From: Auanema rhodensis
Lineage: Eukaryota; Animalia; Nematoda
Length of the DNA: 64,000 nt
Reading direction: 5' to 3'
Assembly (NCBI GenBank): GCA_964057225.1
Contig: OZ059894.1
Coordinates: 20,894,001 to 20,958,000 of the forward strand
Made by a program: the position numbers and the translations under genes. Below, one piece after another: positions 12,286 through 26,676 of the stretch (position 1 is the first letter of the stretch; each line of letters opens with the position of its first letter). Below the pieces are notes generated by a model that was not told the origin of the DNA, ran no database searches, and was given only the letters and a program-made list of their open reading frames with translations.

Positions 12286-15200
12286 TTAGTTATGATCGTT
12301 TGAAAAATGATGCATTAGTGTATGTTGAGTTTCCATGTACACTCAACATTGCTTCCAAAAACATTTTGACAAAAATTTTTTCGAAAAATTTCAAAATAAT
12401 TTAGCAAAAAGTAGATGTTTTTAGATTCCATTTTTCAAGGCAAAGACGATGGACAATGTTATTCAACGAAAAAATTGATTCTTCAGGGTGAAAATCGAGG
12501 ATATAAGTGTGAACTTATATCAGTTGATATCTCGGTGCATTTTTAAGCTAGCGCAAATCTGATAACACAGATCGACGCAGCTTAAAAATCCGCATCGAAT
12601 GCACTATACTACATTGAGAAACGCTTAATACAAAAATTAGTTATGATCGTTTGAAAAATGATGCATTAGTGTATGTTGAGTTTCCATGTACACTCAACAT
12701 TGCTTCCAAAAACATTTTGACAAAAATTTTTTCGAAAAATTTCAAAATAATTTAGCAAAAAGTAGATGTTTTTAGATTCCTTTTTTCAAGGCAAAGACGA
12801 TGGACAATGTTATTCAACGAAAAAATTAATTCTTCAGGGTGAAAATCGAGGATATAAGTGTGAACTTATATCAGTTGATATCTCGGTGCATTTTTAAGCT
12901 AGCGCAAATCTGATAACACAGATCGACGCAACTTAAAAATCCGCATCGAATGCACTATACTACATTGAGAAACGCTTAATACAAAAATTAGTTATGATGG
13001 TTTGAAAAATGATGCATTAGTGTATGTTGAGTTTCCATGTACACTCAACATTGCTTCCAAAAACATTTTGACAAAAATTTTTTCGAAAAATTGCAAAATA
13101 ATTTAGCAAAAAGTAGATGTTTTTAGATTCCATTTTTCAAGGCAAAGACGATGGACAATGTTATTCAACGAAAAAATTGATTCTTCAGGGTGAAAATCGA
13201 GGATATAAGTGTAAACTTATATCAGTTGATATCTCGGTGCATTTTTAAGCTAGCGCAAATCTGATAACACAGAACGACGCAGCTTAAAAATTCGCATCGA
13301 ATGCACTATACTACATTGAAAAACGCTTAATACAAAAATTAGTTATGATCGTTTGAAAAATGATGCATTAGTGTATGTTGAGTTTCCATGTACACTCAAC
13401 ATTGCTTCCAAAAACATTTTGACAAAAATTTTTTCGAAAAATTTCGAAATAATTTAGCAAAAAGTAGATGTTTTTAGATTCCATTTTTCAAGGCAAAGAC
13501 GATGGACAATGTTATTCAACGAAAAAATTAATTCTTCAGGGTGAAAATCGAGGATATAAGTGTGAACATATATCAGTTGATATCTCGGTGCATTTTTAAG
13601 CTAGCGCAAATCTGATAACACAGATCGACGCAGCTTCAAAATCCGCATCGAATGCACTATACTACATTGCGAAACGCTTAATACAAAAATTAGTTATGAT
13701 CGTTTGAAAAATGATGCATTAGTGTATGTTGAGTTTCCATGTACACTCAACATTGCTTCCAAAAACATTTTGACAAAAATTTTTTCAAAAAATTTCAAAA
13801 TAATTTAGCAAAAAGTAGATGTTTTTAGATTCCATTTTTCAAGGCAAAGACGATGGACAATGTTATTCAACGAAAAAATTAATTCTTCAGGGTGAAAATC
13901 GAGGATATAAGTGTGAACTTATATCAGTTGATATCTCGGTGCATTTTTAAGCTAGCGCAAATCTGATAACACAGATCGACGCAGCTTCAAAATCCGCATC
14001 GAATGCACTATACTACATTGAGAAACGCTTAATACAAAAATTAGTTATGATCGTTTGAAAAATGATGCATTAGTGTATGTTGAGTTTCCATGTACACTCA
14101 ACATTGCTTCCAAAAACATTTTGACAAAAATTTTTTCGAAAAATTTCGAAATAATTTAGCAAAAAGTAGGTGTTTTTAGATTCCATTTTTCAAGGCAAAG
14201 ACGATGGACAATGTTATTCAACGAAAAAATTAATTCTTCAGGGTGAAAATCGAGGATATAAGTGTGAACTTATATCAGTTGATATCTCGGTGCATTTTTA
14301 AGCTAGCGCAAATCTGATAACACAGATCGACGCAGCTTAAAAATTCGCATCGAATGCACTATACTACATTGAGAAACGCTGAATACAAAAATTAGTTATG
14401 ATCGTTTGAAAAATGATGCATTAGTGTATGTTGAGTTTCCATGTACACTCAACATTGCTTCCAAAAACATTTTGACAAAAATTTTTTCGAAAAATTTCAA
14501 AATAATTTAGCAAAAAGTAGATGTTTTTAGATTCCATTTTTCAAGGCAAAGACGATGGACAATGTTATTCAACGAAAAAATTGATTCTTCAGGGTGAAAA
14601 TCGAGGATATAAGTGTGAACTTATATCAGTTGATATCTCGGTGCATTTTTAAGCTAGCGCAAATCTGATAACACAGATCGACGCAGCTTAAAAATCCGCA
14701 TCGAATGCACTATACTACATTGAGAAACGCTTAATACAAAAATTAGTTATGATCGTTTGAAAAATGATGCATTAGTGTATGTTGAGTTTCCATGTACACT
14801 CAACATTGCTTCCAAAAACATTTTGACAAAAATTTTTTCGAAAAATTTCAAAATAATTTAGCAAAAAGTAGATGTTTTTAGATTCCTTTTTTCAAGGCAA
14901 AGACGATGGACAATGTTATTCAACGAAAAAATTAATTCTTCAGGGTGAAAATCGAGGATATAAGTGTGAACTTATATCAGTTGATATCTCGGTGCATTTT
15001 TAAGCTAGCGCAAATCTGATAACACAGATCGACGCAACTTAAAAATCCGCATCGAATGCACTATACTACATTGAGAAACGCTTAATACAAAAATTAGTTA
15101 TGATCGTTTGAAAAATGATGCATTAGTGTATGTTGAGTTTCCATGTACACTCAACATTGCTTCCAAAAACATTTTGACAAAAATTTTTTCGAAAAATTGC

Positions 15201-18200
15201 AAAATAATTTAGCAAAAAGTAGATGTTTTTAGATTCCATTTTTCAAGGCAAAGTCGATGGACAATGTTATTCAACGAAAAAATTGATTCTTCAGGGTGAA
15301 AATCGAGGATATAAGTGTAAACTTATATCAGTTGATATCTCGGTGCATTTTTAAGCTAGCGCAAATCTGATAACACAGAACGACGCAGCTTAAAAATTCG
15401 CATCGAATGCACTATACTACATTGAGAAACGCTTAATACAAAAATTAGTTATGATCGTTTGAAAAATGATGCATTAGTGTATGTTGAGTTTCCATGTACA
15501 CTCAACATTGCTTCCAAAAACATTTTGACAAAAATTTTTTCGAAAAATTTCGAAATAATTTAGCAAAAAGTAGATGTTTTTAGATTCCATTTTTCAAGGC
15601 AAAGACGATGGACAATGTTATTCAACGAAAAAATTAATTCTTCAGGGTGAAAATCGAGGATATAAGTGTGAACATATATCAGTTGATATCTCGGTGCATT
15701 TTTAAGCTAGCGCAAATCTGATAACACAGATCGACGCAGCTTCAAAATCCGCATCGAATGCACTATACTACATTGCGAAACGCTTAATACAAAAATTAGT
15801 TATGATCGTTTGAAAAATGATGCATTAGTGTATGTTGAGTTTCCATGTACACTCAACATTGCTTCCAAAAACATTTTGACAAAAATTTTTTCAAAAAATT
15901 TCAAAATAATTTAGCAAAAAGTAGATGTTTTTAGATTCCATTTTTCAAGGCAAAGACGATGGACAATGTTATTCAACGAAAAAATTAATTCTTCAGGGTG
16001 AAAATCGAGGATATAAGTGTGAACTTATATCAGTTGATATCTCGGTGCATTTTTAAGCTAGCGCAAATCTGATAACACAGATCGACGCAGCTTCAAAATC
16101 CGCATCGAATGCACTATACTACATTGAGAAACGCTTAATACAAAAATTAGTTATGATCGTTTGAAAAATGATGCATTAGTGTATGTTGAGTTTCCATGTA
16201 CACTCAACATTGCTTCCAAAAACATTTTGACAAAAATTTTTTCGAAAAATTTCGAAATAATTTAGCAAAAAGTAGATGTTTTTAGATTCCATTTTTCAAG
16301 GCAAAGACGATGGACAATGTTATTCAACGAAAAAATTAATTCTTCAGGGTGAAAATCGAGGATATAAGTGTGAACTTATATCAGTTGATATCTCGGTGCA
16401 TTTTTAAGCTAGCGCAAATCTGATAACACAGATCGACGCAGCTTAAAAATTCGCATCGAATGCACTATACTACATTGAGAAACGCTGAATACAAAAATTA
16501 GTTATGATCGTTTGAAAAATGATGCATTAGTGTATGTTGAGTTTCCATGTACACTCAACATTGCTTCCAAAAACATTTTGACAAAAATTTTTTCGAAAAA
16601 TTTCAAAATAATTTAGCAAAAAGTAGATGTTTTTAGATTCCATTTTTCAAGGCAAAGACGATGGACAATGTTATTCAACGAAAAAATTGATTCTTCAGGG
16701 TGAAAATCGAGGATATAAGTGTGAACTTATATCAGTTGATATCTCGGTGCATTTTTAAGCTAGCGCAAATCTGATAACACAGATCGACGCAGCTTAAAAA
16801 TCCGCATCGAATGCACTATACTACATTGAGAAACGCTTAATACAAAAATTAGTTATGATCGTTTGAAAAATGATGCATTAGTGTATGTTGAGTTTCCATG
16901 TACACTCAACATTGCTTCCAAAAACATTTTGACAAAAATTTTTTCGAAAAATTTCAAAATAATTTAGCAAAAAGTAGATGTTTTTAGATTCCTTTTTTCA
17001 AGGCACAGACGATGGACAATGTTATTCAACGAAAAAATTAATTCTTCAGGGTGAAAATCGAGGATATAAGTGTGAACTTATATCAGTTGATATCTCGGTG
17101 CATTTTTAAGCTAGCGCAAATCTGATAACACAGATCGACGCAACTTAAAAATCCGCATCGAATGCACTATACTACATTGAGAAACGCTTAATACAAAAAT
17201 TAGTTATGATCGTTTGAAAAATGATGCATTAGTGTATGTTGAGTTTCCATGTACACTCAACATTGCTTCCAAAAACATTTTGACAAAAATTTTTTCGAAA
17301 AATTTCAAAATAATTTAGCAAAAAGTAGATGTTTTTAGATTCCATTTTTCAAGGCAAAGACGATGGACAATGTTATTCAACGAAAAAATTGATTCTTCAG
17401 GGTGAAAATCGAGGATATAAGTGTGAACTTATATCAGTTGATATCTCGGTGCATTTTTAAGCTAGCGCAAATCTGATAACACAGATCGACGCAGCTTAAA
17501 AATCCGCATCGAATGCACTATACTACATTGAGAAACGCTTAATACAAAAATTAGTTATGATCGTTTGAAAAATGATGCATTAGTGTATGTTGAGTTTCCA
17601 TGTACACTCAACATTGCTTCCAAAAACATTTTGACAAAAATTTTTTCGAAAAATTTCAAAATAATTTAGCAAAAAGTAGATGTTTTTAGATTCCTTTTTT
17701 CAAGGCAAAGACGATGGACAATGTTATTCAACGAAAAAATTAATTCTTCAGGGTGAAAATCGAGGATATAAGTGTGAACTTATATCAGTTGATATCTCGG
17801 TGCATTTTCAAGCTAGCGCAAATCTGATAACACAGATCGACGCAACTTAAAAATCCGCATCGAATGCACTATACTACATTGAGAAACGCTTAATACAAAA
17901 ATTAGTTATGATCGTTTGAAAAATGATGCATTAGTGTATGTTGAGTTTCCATGTACACTCAACATTGCTTCCAAAAACATTTTGACAAAAATTTTTTCGA
18001 AAAATTGCAAAATAATTTAGCAAAAAGTAGATGTTTTTAGATTCCATTTTTCAAGGCAAAGACGATGGACAATGTTATTCAACGAAAAAATTGATTCTTC
18101 AGGGTGAAAATCGAGGATATAAGTGTAAACTTATATCAGTTGATATCTCGGTGCATTTTTAAGCTAGCGCAAATCTGATAACACAGATCGACGCAGCTTA

Positions 18201-20007
18201 AAAATCCGCATCGAATGCACTATACTACATTGAGAAACGCTTAATACAAAAATTAGTTATGATCGTTTGAAAAATGATGCATTAGTGTATGTTGAGTTTC
18301 CATGTACACTCAACATTGCTTCCAAAAACATTTTGACAAAAATTTTTTCGAAAAATTTCAAAATAATTTAGCAAAAAGTAGATGTTTTTAGATTCCTTTT
18401 TTCAAGGCAAAGACGATGGACAATGTTATTCAACGAAAAAATTAATTCTTCAGGGTGAAAATCGAGGATATAAGTGTGAACTTATATCAGTTGATATCTC
18501 GGTGCATTTTCAAGCTAGCGCAAATCTGATAACACAGATCGACGCAACTTAAAAATCCGCATCGAATGCACTATACTACATTGAGAAACGCTTAATACAA
18601 AAATTAGTTATGATCGTTTGAAAAATGATGCATTAGTGTATGTTGAGTTTCCATGTACACTCAACATTGCTTCCAAAAACATTTTGACAAAAATTTTTTC
18701 GAAAAATTGCAAAATAATTTAGCAAAAAGTAGATGTTTTTAGATTCCATTTTTCAAGGCAAAGACGATGGACAATGTTATTCAACGAAAAAATTGATTCT
18801 TCAGGGTGAAAATCGAGGATATAAGTGTAAACTTATATCAGTTGATATCTCGGTGCATTTTTAAGCTAGCGCAAATCTGATAACACAGAACGACGCAGCT
18901 TAAAAATTCGCATCGAATGCACTATACTACATTGAGAAACGCTTAATACAAAAATTAGTTATGATCGTTTGAAAAATGATGCATTAGTGTATGTTGAGTT
19001 TCCATGTACACTCAACATTGATTCCAAAAACATTTTGACAAAAATTTTTTCGAAAAATTTCGAAATAATTTAGCAAAAAGTAGATGTTTTTAGATTCCAT
19101 TTTTCAAGGCAAAGACGATGGACAATGTTATTCAACGAAAAAATTAATTCTTCAGGGTGAAAATCGAGGATATAAGTGTGAACATATATCAGTTGATATC
19201 TCGGTGCATTTTTAAGCTAGCGCAAATCTGATAACACAGATCGACGCAGCTTCAAAATCCGCATCGAATGCACTATACTACATTGCGAAACGCTTAATAC
19301 AAAAATTAGTTATGATCGTTTGAAAAATGATGCATTAGTGTATGTTGAGTTTCCATGTACACTCAACATTGCTTCCAAAAACATTTTGACAAAAATTTTT
19401 TCAAAAAATTTCAAAATAATTTAGCAAAAAGTAGATGTTTTTAGATTCCATTTTTCAAGGCAAAGACGATGGACAATGTTATTCAACGAAAAAATTAATT
19501 CTTCAGGGTGAAAATCGAGGATATAAGTGTGAACTTATATCAGTTGATATCTCGGTGCATTTTTAAGCTAGCGCAAATCTGATAACACAGATCGACGCAG
19601 CTTCAAAATCCGCATCGAATGCACTATACTACATTGAGAAACGCTTAATACAAAAATTAGTTATGATCGTTTGAAAAATGATGCATTAGTGTATGTTGAG
19701 TTTCCATGTACACTCAACATTGCTTCCAAAAACATTTTGACAAAAATTTTTTCGAAAAATTTCGAAATAATTTAGCAAAAAGTAGATGTTTTTAGATTCC
19801 ATTTTTCAAGGCAAAGACGATGGACAATGTTATTCAACGAAAAAATTAATTCTTCAGGGTGAAAATCGAGGATATAAGTGTGAACTTATATCAGTTGATA
19901 TCTCGGTGCATTTTTAAGCTAGCGCAAATCTGATAACACAGATCGACGCAGCTTAAAAATTCGCATCGAATGCACTATACTACATTGAGAAACGCTGAAT
20001 ACAAAAA
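12286..20007. repeat. 6-mer HOR (2106 bp): two tandem copies plus a third, internally expanded copy
   Basis: Order A, B, C(TTGCAAA, GTAAAC, GAACG, ATTCG), D(AACATA, TTGCGA), E(TTTCAAAAAA), F(GCTGAAT). C starts at 12988, 15094 and 18604, each time followed by D, E, F. Confidence 0.88.
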
Positions 20008-23000
20008 TTAGTTATGATCGTTTGAAAAATGATGCATTAGTGTATGTTGAGTTTCCATGTACACTCAACATTGCTTCCAAAAACATTTTGACAAAAATTT
20101 TTTCGAAAAATTTCAAAATAATTTAGCAAACAGTAGATGTTTTTAGATTCCATTTTTCAAGGCAAAGACGATGGACAATGTTATTCAACGAAAAAATTGA
20201 TTCTTCAGGGTGAAAATCGAGGATATAAGTGTGAACTTATATCAGTTGATATCTCGGTGCATTTTTAAGCTAGCGCAAATCTGATAACACAGATCGACGC
20301 AGCTTAAAAATCCGCATCGAATGCACTATACTACATTGAGAAACGCTTAATACAAAAATTAGTTATGATCGTTTGAAAAATGATGCATTAGTGTATGTTG
20401 AGTTTCCATGTACACTCAACATTGCTTCCAAAAACATTTTGACAAAAATTTTTTCGAAAAATTTCAAAATAATTTAGCAAAAAGTAGATGTTTTTAGATT
20501 CCTTTTTTCAAGGCAAAGACGATGGACAATGTTATTCAACGAAAAAATTAATTCTTCAGGGTGAAAATCGAGGATATAAGTGTGAACTTATATCAGTTGA
20601 TATCTCGGTGCATTTTTAAGCTAGCGCAAATCTGATAACACAGATCGACGCAACTTAAAAATCCGCATCGAATGCACTATACTACATTGAGAAACGCTTA
20701 ATACAAAAATTAGTTATGATCGTTTGAAAAATGATGCATTAGTGTATGTTGAGTTTCCATGTACACTCAACATTGCTTCCAAAAACATTTTGACAAAAAT
20801 GTTTTCGAAAAATTTCAAAATAATTTAGCAAAAAGTAGATGTTTTTAGATTCCATTTTTCAAGGCAAAGACGATGGACAATGTTATTCAACGAAAAAATT
20901 GATTCTTCAGGGTGAAAATCGAGGATATAAATGTAAACTTATATCAGTTGATATCTCGGTGCATTTTTAAGCTAGCGCAAATCTGATAACACAGAACGAC
21001 GCAGCTTAAAAATTCGCATCGAATGCACTATACTACATTGAGAAACGCTTAATACAAAAATTAGTTATGATCGTTTGAAAAATGATGCATTAGTGTATGT
21101 TGAGTTTCCATGTACACTCAACATTGCTTCCAAAAACATTTTGACAAAAATTTTTTCGAAAAATTTCGAAATAATTTAGCAAAAAGTAGATGTTTTTAGA
21201 TTCCATTTTTCAAGGCAAAGACGATGGACAATGTTATTCAACGAAAAAATTAATTCTTCAGGGTGAAAATCGAGGATATAAGTGTGAACTTATATCAGTT
21301 GATATCTCGGTGCATTTTTAAGCTAGCGCAAATCTGATAACACAGATCGACGCAGCTTCAAAATCCGCATCGAATGCACTATACTACATTGAGAAACGCT
21401 TAATACAAAAATTAGTTATGATCGTTTGAAAAATGATGCATTAGTGTATGTTGAGTTTCCATGTACACTCAACATTGCTTCCAAAAACATTTTGACAAAA
21501 ATTTTTTCGAAAAATTTCGAAATAATTTAGCAAAAAGTAGATGTTTTTAGATTCCATTTTTCAAGGCAAAGACGATGGACAATGTTATTCAACGAAAAAA
21601 TTAATTCTTCAGGGTGAAAATCGAGGATATAAGTGTGAACTTATATCAGTTGATATCTCGGTGCATTTTTAAGCTAGCGCAAATCTGATAACACAGATCG
21701 ACGCAGCTTCAAAATCCGCATCGAATGCACTATACTACATTGAGAAACGCTTAATACAAAAATTAGTTATGATCGTTTGAAAAATGATGCATTAGTGTAT
21801 GTTGAGTTTCCATGTACACTCAACATTGCTTCCAAAAACATTTTGACAAAAATTTTTTCGAAAAATTTCGAAATAATTTAGCAAAAAGTAGATGTTTTTA
21901 GATTCCATTTTTCAAGGCAAAGACGATGGACAATGTTATTCAACGAAAAAATTAATTCTTCAGGGTGAAAATCGAGGATATAAGTGTGAACTTATATCAG
22001 TTGATATCTCGGTGCATTTTTAAGCTAGCGCAAATCTGATAACACAGATCGACGCAGCTTCAAAATCCGCATCGAATGCACTATACTACATTGAGAAACG
22101 CTTAATACAAAAATTAGTTATGATCGTTTGAAAAATGATGCATTAGTGTATGTTGAGTTTCCATGTACACTCAACATTGCTTCCAAAAACATTTTGACAA
22201 AAATTTTTTCGAAAAATTTCGAAATAATTTAGCAAAAAGTAGATGTTTTTAGATTCCTTTTTTCAAGGCAAAGACGATGGACAATGTTATTCAACGAAAA
22301 AATTAATTCTTCAGGGTGAAAATCGAGGATATAAGTGTGAACTTATATCAGTTGATATCTCGGTGCATTTTTAAGCTAGCGCAAATCTGATAACACAGAT
22401 CGACGCAGCTTCAAAATCCGCATCGAATGCACTATACTACATTGAGAAACGCTTAATACAAAAATTAGTTATGATCGTTTGAAAAATGATGCATTAGTGT
22501 ATGTTGAGTTTCCATGTACACTCAATATTGCTTCCAAAAACATTTTGACAAAAATTTTTTCGAAAAATTTCGAAATAATTTAGCAAAAAGTAGATGTTTT
22601 TAGATTCCTTTTTTCAAGGCAAAGACGATGGACAATGTTATTCAACGAAAAAATTAATTCTTCAGGGTGAAAATCGAGGATATAAGTGTGAACTTATATC
22701 AGTTGATATCTCGGTGCATTTTTAAGCTAGCGCAAATCTGATAACACAGATCGACGCAGCTTCAAAATCCGCATCGAATGCACTATACTACATTGAGAAA
22801 CGCTTAATACAAAAATTAGTTATGATCGTTTGAAAAATGATGCATTAGTGTATGTTGAGTTTCCATGTACACTCAACATTGCTTCCAAAAACATTTTGAC
22901 AAAAATTTTTTCGAAAAATTTCAAAATAATTTAGCAAAAAGTAGATGTTTTTAGATTCCATTTTTCAAGGCAAAGACGATGGACAATGTTATTCAACGAA

Positions 23001-23166
23001 AGAATTAATTCTTCAGGGTGAAAATCGAGGATATAAGTGTAAACTTATATCAGTTGATATCTCGGTGCATTTTTAAGCTAGCGCAAATCTGATAACACAG
23101 AACGACGCAGCTTAAAAATTCGCATCGAATGCACTATACTACATTGAGAAACGCTTAATACAAAAA

Positions 23167-26100
23167 TTAGTTATGATCGTTTGAAAAATGATGCATTAGT
23201 GTATGTTGAGTTTCCATGTACACTCAACATTGCTTCCAAAAACATTTTGACAAAAATTTTTTCGAAAAATTTCGAAATAATTTAGCAAAAAGTAGATGTT
23301 TTTAGATTCCTTTTTTCAAGGCAAAGACGATGGACAATGTTATTCAACGAAAAAATTAATTCTTCAGGGTGAAAATCGAGGATAAAAGTGTGAACTTATA
23401 TCAGTTGATATCTCGGTGCATTTTTAAGCTAGCGCAAATCTGATAACACAGATCGACGCAGCTTAAAAATCCGCATCGAATGCACTATACTACATTGAGA
23501 AACGCTTAATACAAAAATTAGTTATGATCGTTTGAAAAATGATGCATTAGTGTATGTTGAGTTTCCATGTACACTCAACATTGCTTCCAAAAACATTTTG
23601 ACAAAAATTTTTTCGAAAAATTTCGAAATAATTTAGCAAAAAGTAGATGTTTTTAGATTCCATTTTTCAAGGCAAAGACGATGGACAATGTTATTCAACG
23701 AAAAACTTAATTCTTCAGGGTGAAAATCGAGGATATAAGTGTAAACTTATATCAGTTGATATCTCGGTGCATTTTTAAGCTAGCGCAAATCTGATAACAC
23801 AGAACGACGCAGCTTAAAAATTCGCATCGAACGCACTATACTACATTGAGAAACGCTTAATACAAAAATTAGTTATGATCGTTTGAAAAATGATGCATTA
23901 GTGTATGTTGAGTTTCCATGTACACTCAACATTGCTTCCAAAAACATTTTGACAAAAATTTTTTCGAAAAATTTCGAAATAATTTAGCAAAAAGTAGATG
24001 TTTTTAGATTCCTTTTTTCAAGGCAAAGACGATGGACAATGTTATTCAACGAAAAAATTAATTCTTCAGGGTGAAAATCGAGGATATAAGTGTGAACTTA
24101 TATCAGTTGATATCTCGGTGCATTTTTAAGCTAGCGCAAATCTGATAACACAGATCGACGCAGCTTCAAAATCCGCATCGAATGCACTATACTACATTGA
24201 GAAACGCTTAATACAAAAATTAGTTATGATCGTTTGAAAAATGATGCATTAGTGTATGTTGAGTTTCCATGTACACTCAACATTGCTTCCAAAAACATTT
24301 TGACAAAAATTTTTTCGAAAAATTTCAAAATAATTTAGCAAAAAGTAGATGTTTTTAGATTCCATTTTTCAAGGCAAAGACGATGGACAATGTTATTCAA
24401 CGAAAAAATTAATTCTTCAGGGTGAAAATCGAGGATATAAGTGTAAACTTATATCAGTTGATATCTCGGTGCATTTTTAAGCTAGCGCAAATCTGATAAC
24501 ACAGAACGACGCAGCTTAAAAATTCGCATCGAATGCACTATACTACATTGAGAAACGCTCAATACAAAAATTAGTTATGATCGTTTGAAAAATGATGCAT
24601 TAGTGTATGTTGAGTTTCCATGTACACTCAACATTGCTTCCAAAAACATTTTGACAAAAATTTTTTCAAAAAATTTCGAAATAATTTAGCAAAAAGTAGA
24701 TGTTTTTAGATTCCTTTTTTCAAGGCAAAGACGATGGACAATGTTATTCAACGAAAAAATTAATTCTTCAGGGTGAAAATCGAGGATATAAGTGTGAACT
24801 TATATCAGTTGATATCTCGGTGCATTTTTAAGCTAGCGCAAATCTGAGAACACAGATCGACGCAGCTTAAAAATCCGCATCGAATGCACTATACTACATT
24901 GAGAAACACTTAATACAAAAATTAGTTATGATCGTTTGAAAAATGATGCATTAGTGTATGTTGAGTTTCCATGTACACTCAACATTGCTTCCAAAAACAT
25001 TTTGACAAAAATTTTTTCGAAAAATTTCGAAATAATTTAGCAAAAAGTAGATGTTTTTAGATTCCTTTTTTCAAGGCAAAGACGATGGACAATGTTATTC
25101 AACGAAAAAATTAATTCTTCAGGGTGAAAATCGAGGATAAAAGTGTGAACTTATATCAGTTGATATCTCGGTGCATTTTTAAGCTAGCGCAAATCTGATA
25201 ACACAGATCGACGCAGCTTAAAAATCCGCATCGAATGCACTATACTACATTGAGAAACGCTTAATACAAAAATTAGTTATGATCGTTTGAAAAATGATGC
25301 ATTAGTGTATGTTGAGTTTCCATGTACACTCAACATTGCTTCCAAAAACATTTTGACAAAAATTTTTTCGAAAAATTTCGAAATAATTTAGCAAAAAGTA
25401 GATGTTTTTAGATTCCATTTTTCAAGGCAAAGACGATGGACAATGTTATTCAACGAAAAACTTAATTCTTCAGGGTGAAAATCGAGGATATAAGTGTAAA
25501 CTTATATCAGTTGATATCTCGGTGCATTTTTAAGCTAGCGCAAATCTGATAACACAGAACGACGCAGCTTAAAAATTCGCATCGAACGCACTATACTACA
25601 TTGAGAAACGCTTAATACAAAAATTAGTTATGATCGTTTGAAAAATGATGCATTAGTGTATGTTGAGTTTCCATGTACACTCAACATTGCTTCCAAAAAC
25701 ATTTTGACAAAAATTTTTTCGAAAAATTTCGAAATAATTTAGCAAAAAGTAGATGTTTTTAGATTCCTTTTTTCAAGGCAAAGACGATGGACAATGTTAT
25801 TCAACGAAAAAATTAATTCTTCAGGGTGAAAATCGAGGATATAAGTGTGAACTTATATCAGTTGATATCTCGGTGCATTTTTAAGCTAGCGCAAATCTGA
25901 TAACACAGATCGACGCAGCTTCAAAATCCGCATCGAATGCACTATACTACATTGAGAAACGCTTAATACAAAAATTAGTTATGATCGTTTGAAAAATGAT
26001 GCATTAGTGTATGTTGAGTTTCCATGTACACTCAACATTGCTTCCAAAAACATTTTGACAAAAATTTTTTCGAAAAATTTCAAAATAATTTAGCAAAAAG

Positions 26101-26676
26101 TAGATGTTTTTAGATTCCATTTTTCAAGGCAAAGACGATGGACAATGTTATTCAACGAAAAAATTAATTCTTCAGGGTGAAAATCGAGGATATAAGTGTA
26201 AACTTATATCAGTTGATATCTCGGTGCATTTTCAAGCTAGCGCAAATCTGATAACACAGAACGACGCAGCTTAAAAATTCGCATCGAATGCACTATACTA
26301 CATTGAGAAACGCTCAATACAAAAATTAGTTATGATCGTTTGAAAAATGATGCATTAGTGTATGTTGAGTTTCCATGTACACTCAACATTGCTTCCAAAA
26401 ACATTTTGACAAAAATTTTTTCGAAAAATTTCGAAATAATTTAGCAAAAAGTAGATGTTTTTAGATTCCTTTTTTCAAGGCAAAGACGATGGACAATGTT
26501 ATTCAACGAAAAAATTAATTCTTCAGGGTGAAAATCGAGGATATAAGTGTGAACTTATATCAGTTGATATCTCGGTGCATTTTTAAGCTAGCGCAAATCT
26601 GAGAACACAGATCGACGCAGCTTAAAAATCCGCATCGAATGCACTATACTACATTGAGAAACACTTAATACAAAAA
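23167..26676. repeat. 5-mer HOR (1755 bp) x2
   Basis: Private variants GATAAAAG (M67, M72) and AAACTTAA + GAACGCAC (M68, M73) recur 5 monomers apart. M69-71 match M74-76 apart from single changes. Confidence 0.88.

Larger units (their letters stand above)
1405..12987. repeat. Dimeric (702-bp) A/B higher-order domain, imperfect
   Basis: Mostly alternating type A (p145A/p192G/p295G) and type B (p145T/p192A/p295A) monomers from M5 to M37, with breaks at M10-11, M22-23 and M28-30. Confidence 0.85.
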
